Below, piece by piece: positions 62,941-64,000 of a DNA stretch of 64,000 bases (the first letter of the stretch is position 1; every line of letters starts with the position of its first letter). The notes under the pieces were generated by a model. That model was not told the DNA's origin. It saw only the letters and a program-made list of their open reading frames with translations, and made no database searches. The stretch spans positions 43,168 through 107,167 of the forward strand of contig JAFUOX010000098.1 of the NCBI GenBank assembly GCA_017481725.1. The letters are read 5' to 3'. This DNA is from Kiritimatiellia bacterium. Its GTDB lineage: Bacteria; Verrucomicrobiota; Kiritimatiellia; RFP12; UBA3636. The position numbers and the translations under genes are program-made.

Positions 62941-64000
62941 CTATCGAATTACTATTATTGTTCCAACTTCGTTAAGCACAGAAAGCCAGCTTGTTACAGG
63001 AATATCATATTTAAGAGATGTAGTAGAAATTAAACCAATTACTCTGCTTTTATCTGATTTAGGGAAGTAGTAGGTATCAGTCTTTTCTGAGTCCGGTACA
63101 TCCTTAAGTGGTGTAAAGACAATGTCATTAACAGCATTTGTCCATGAATTTATATGTTTTTCTGTTATCACAAAAGATAATCTATTTTTAAAGTTATTAG
63201 ATGATGGCCAAAAGATTTCATCTGTATCGTAGGATGGTTTTGCTCCTAAAAAGACAATTTCGCATTTGCCTAACTTCGAAATAGAATTTCTAGTTAGAGA
63301 GGAAAGTGTTTCTGGTAAAATTAATCTTTCAAGAGCTGACATTTGACAGAAAACTTCACCAGGTATGCTTGTAAATGTTGATTTGCTAAAATCTAATACC
63401 CCTTTGAGGGATTTTGCTTGGTTAAATAATCCACTTGGGATTGTTGGTATTGAATATTTTGTGGTTCCTAGATTTTCAACTTTTGCCACACCAAAGGCAT
63501 AATTACCAATATTAGTAACAACAGGTCCTAAGGTTATATTAGTTGCACTAGAATTATAAAATGCAGATCCACCAATGCTTGAACACATAGGTAAATATAA
63601 TTCTTTAATTTGTAATGAATGAAAGCATTCGCCTGGAATTGATTCAACCTTTGGGAAGGAAAAGCGAGTAACCTGAAGCTTTTTGCAATTTTTAAAAGGA
63701 GCACCATCTATTTGTGTAACCTCGGGGAATTCAGTAGGTGAAAACGATTGGAGCTGTACGCAATCAGAAAAAGAGGTGCCGCTAATGCTTGTAATATCCT
63801 TACTTAATACAACTGATGTTAAATTTGAGCATCCATAAAATGACCAAACAGGTATTTTTCCGTATATGTTTGGAAAAGAAACAGAGGTAATTAGTGTTAT
63901 AGCAAAAGCGTCATTTGAAAGTAATTCTATAGGAGAATCAGAGGCGAGATCGCCACTTAAAGACGATTCTCTAAAGGCTCGCCGTGATACTTGAATTGGC
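62941..64000 (-). CDS. BspA-type leucine-rich repeat protein, N-terminus outside window
   Basis: The minus-strand frame stays open from the track M (63588) up to base 64000. It contains repeated ...IPxxxFxxCxxLxxVxLxxxITSIxxxxF... units, such as FYGCSNLTSVVLSKDITSISGTSFSDC. Confidence 0.7.
   Translation of the reverse strand, partial: PIQVSRRAFRESSLSGDLASDSPIELLSNDAFAITLITSVSFPNIYGKIPVWSFYGCSNLTSVVLSKDITSISGTSFSDCVQLQSFSPTEFPEVTQIDGAPFKNCKKLQVTRFSFPKVESIPGECFHSLQIKELYLPMCSSIGGSAFYNSSATNITLGPVVTNIGNYAFGVAKVENLGTTKYSIPTIPSGLFNQAKSLKGVLDFSKSTFTSIPGEVFCQMSALERLILPETLSSLTRNSISKLGKCEIVFLGAKPSYDTDEIFWPSSNNFKNRLSFVITEKHINSWTNAVNDIVFTPLKDVPDSEKTDTYYFPKSDKSRVIGLISTTSLKYDIPVTSWLSVLNEVGTIIVIR

Overview
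This 64-kb window comes from a rather AT-rich bacterial chromosome. It is probably a PVC-superphylum organism (Lentisphaerota/Victivallales-, Kiritimatiellota- or Verrucomicrobiota-like). That guess is an inference from an H-X9-DG prepilin-type protein, a MurC-MurB fusion, V-type ATPase genes and GH29/GH3/GH27 hydrolases; no rRNA is present to confirm it.

The backbone is housekeeping:
- ispE, tRNA-Gln, prs, rplY, pth, rpsF, ssb, rpsR, rplI, aspS
- lolE/lolD, murC-murB, prmC, gmhA, argH, dinB
- accD, accA and an OadA/PycB-like carboxyltransferase
- a truncated dcw cluster (mraZ, rsmH, ftsL, ftsI, murE) on the minus strand
- two GT4 glycosyltransferases with hldE-C
- a partial V-ATPase operon, potD, a HydG-like radical SAM operon and upp

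Several visibly more AT-rich accessory pieces are embedded in this backbone:
1. A four-gene defence operon at 1-7504 with no methyltransferase in the window: GmrSD-like DUF262/DUF1524, AlbA_2-HATPase-wHTH, a Type III Res-like helicase-nuclease, and a TnsA-N-like nuclease.
2. A secreted protein (30989-32557) built from 15-aa YGITIGG repeats. Their DNA units contain perfect 19-bp palindromes.
3. A 1.3-kb cassette with a Zn-ribbon/PD-(D/E)xK nuclease, bounded by 90-bp perfect direct repeats. It sits beside decayed remnants of an acetyltransferase gene and of a paralogous GH3/GH27 junction.
4. A family of mosaic, hairpin-rich intergenic repeats at about 7.5-8.1, 18.4-19.1, 39.3-39.7 and 58.7-58.9 kb.

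The 12-mer GACCCTGCCACA (always read as Asp-Pro-Ala-Thr) is strikingly over-represented.

No CRISPR array, rRNA, transposase or integrase was recognised. All family assignments come from motif recognition by eye. No database search, HMM or composition calculation was run.
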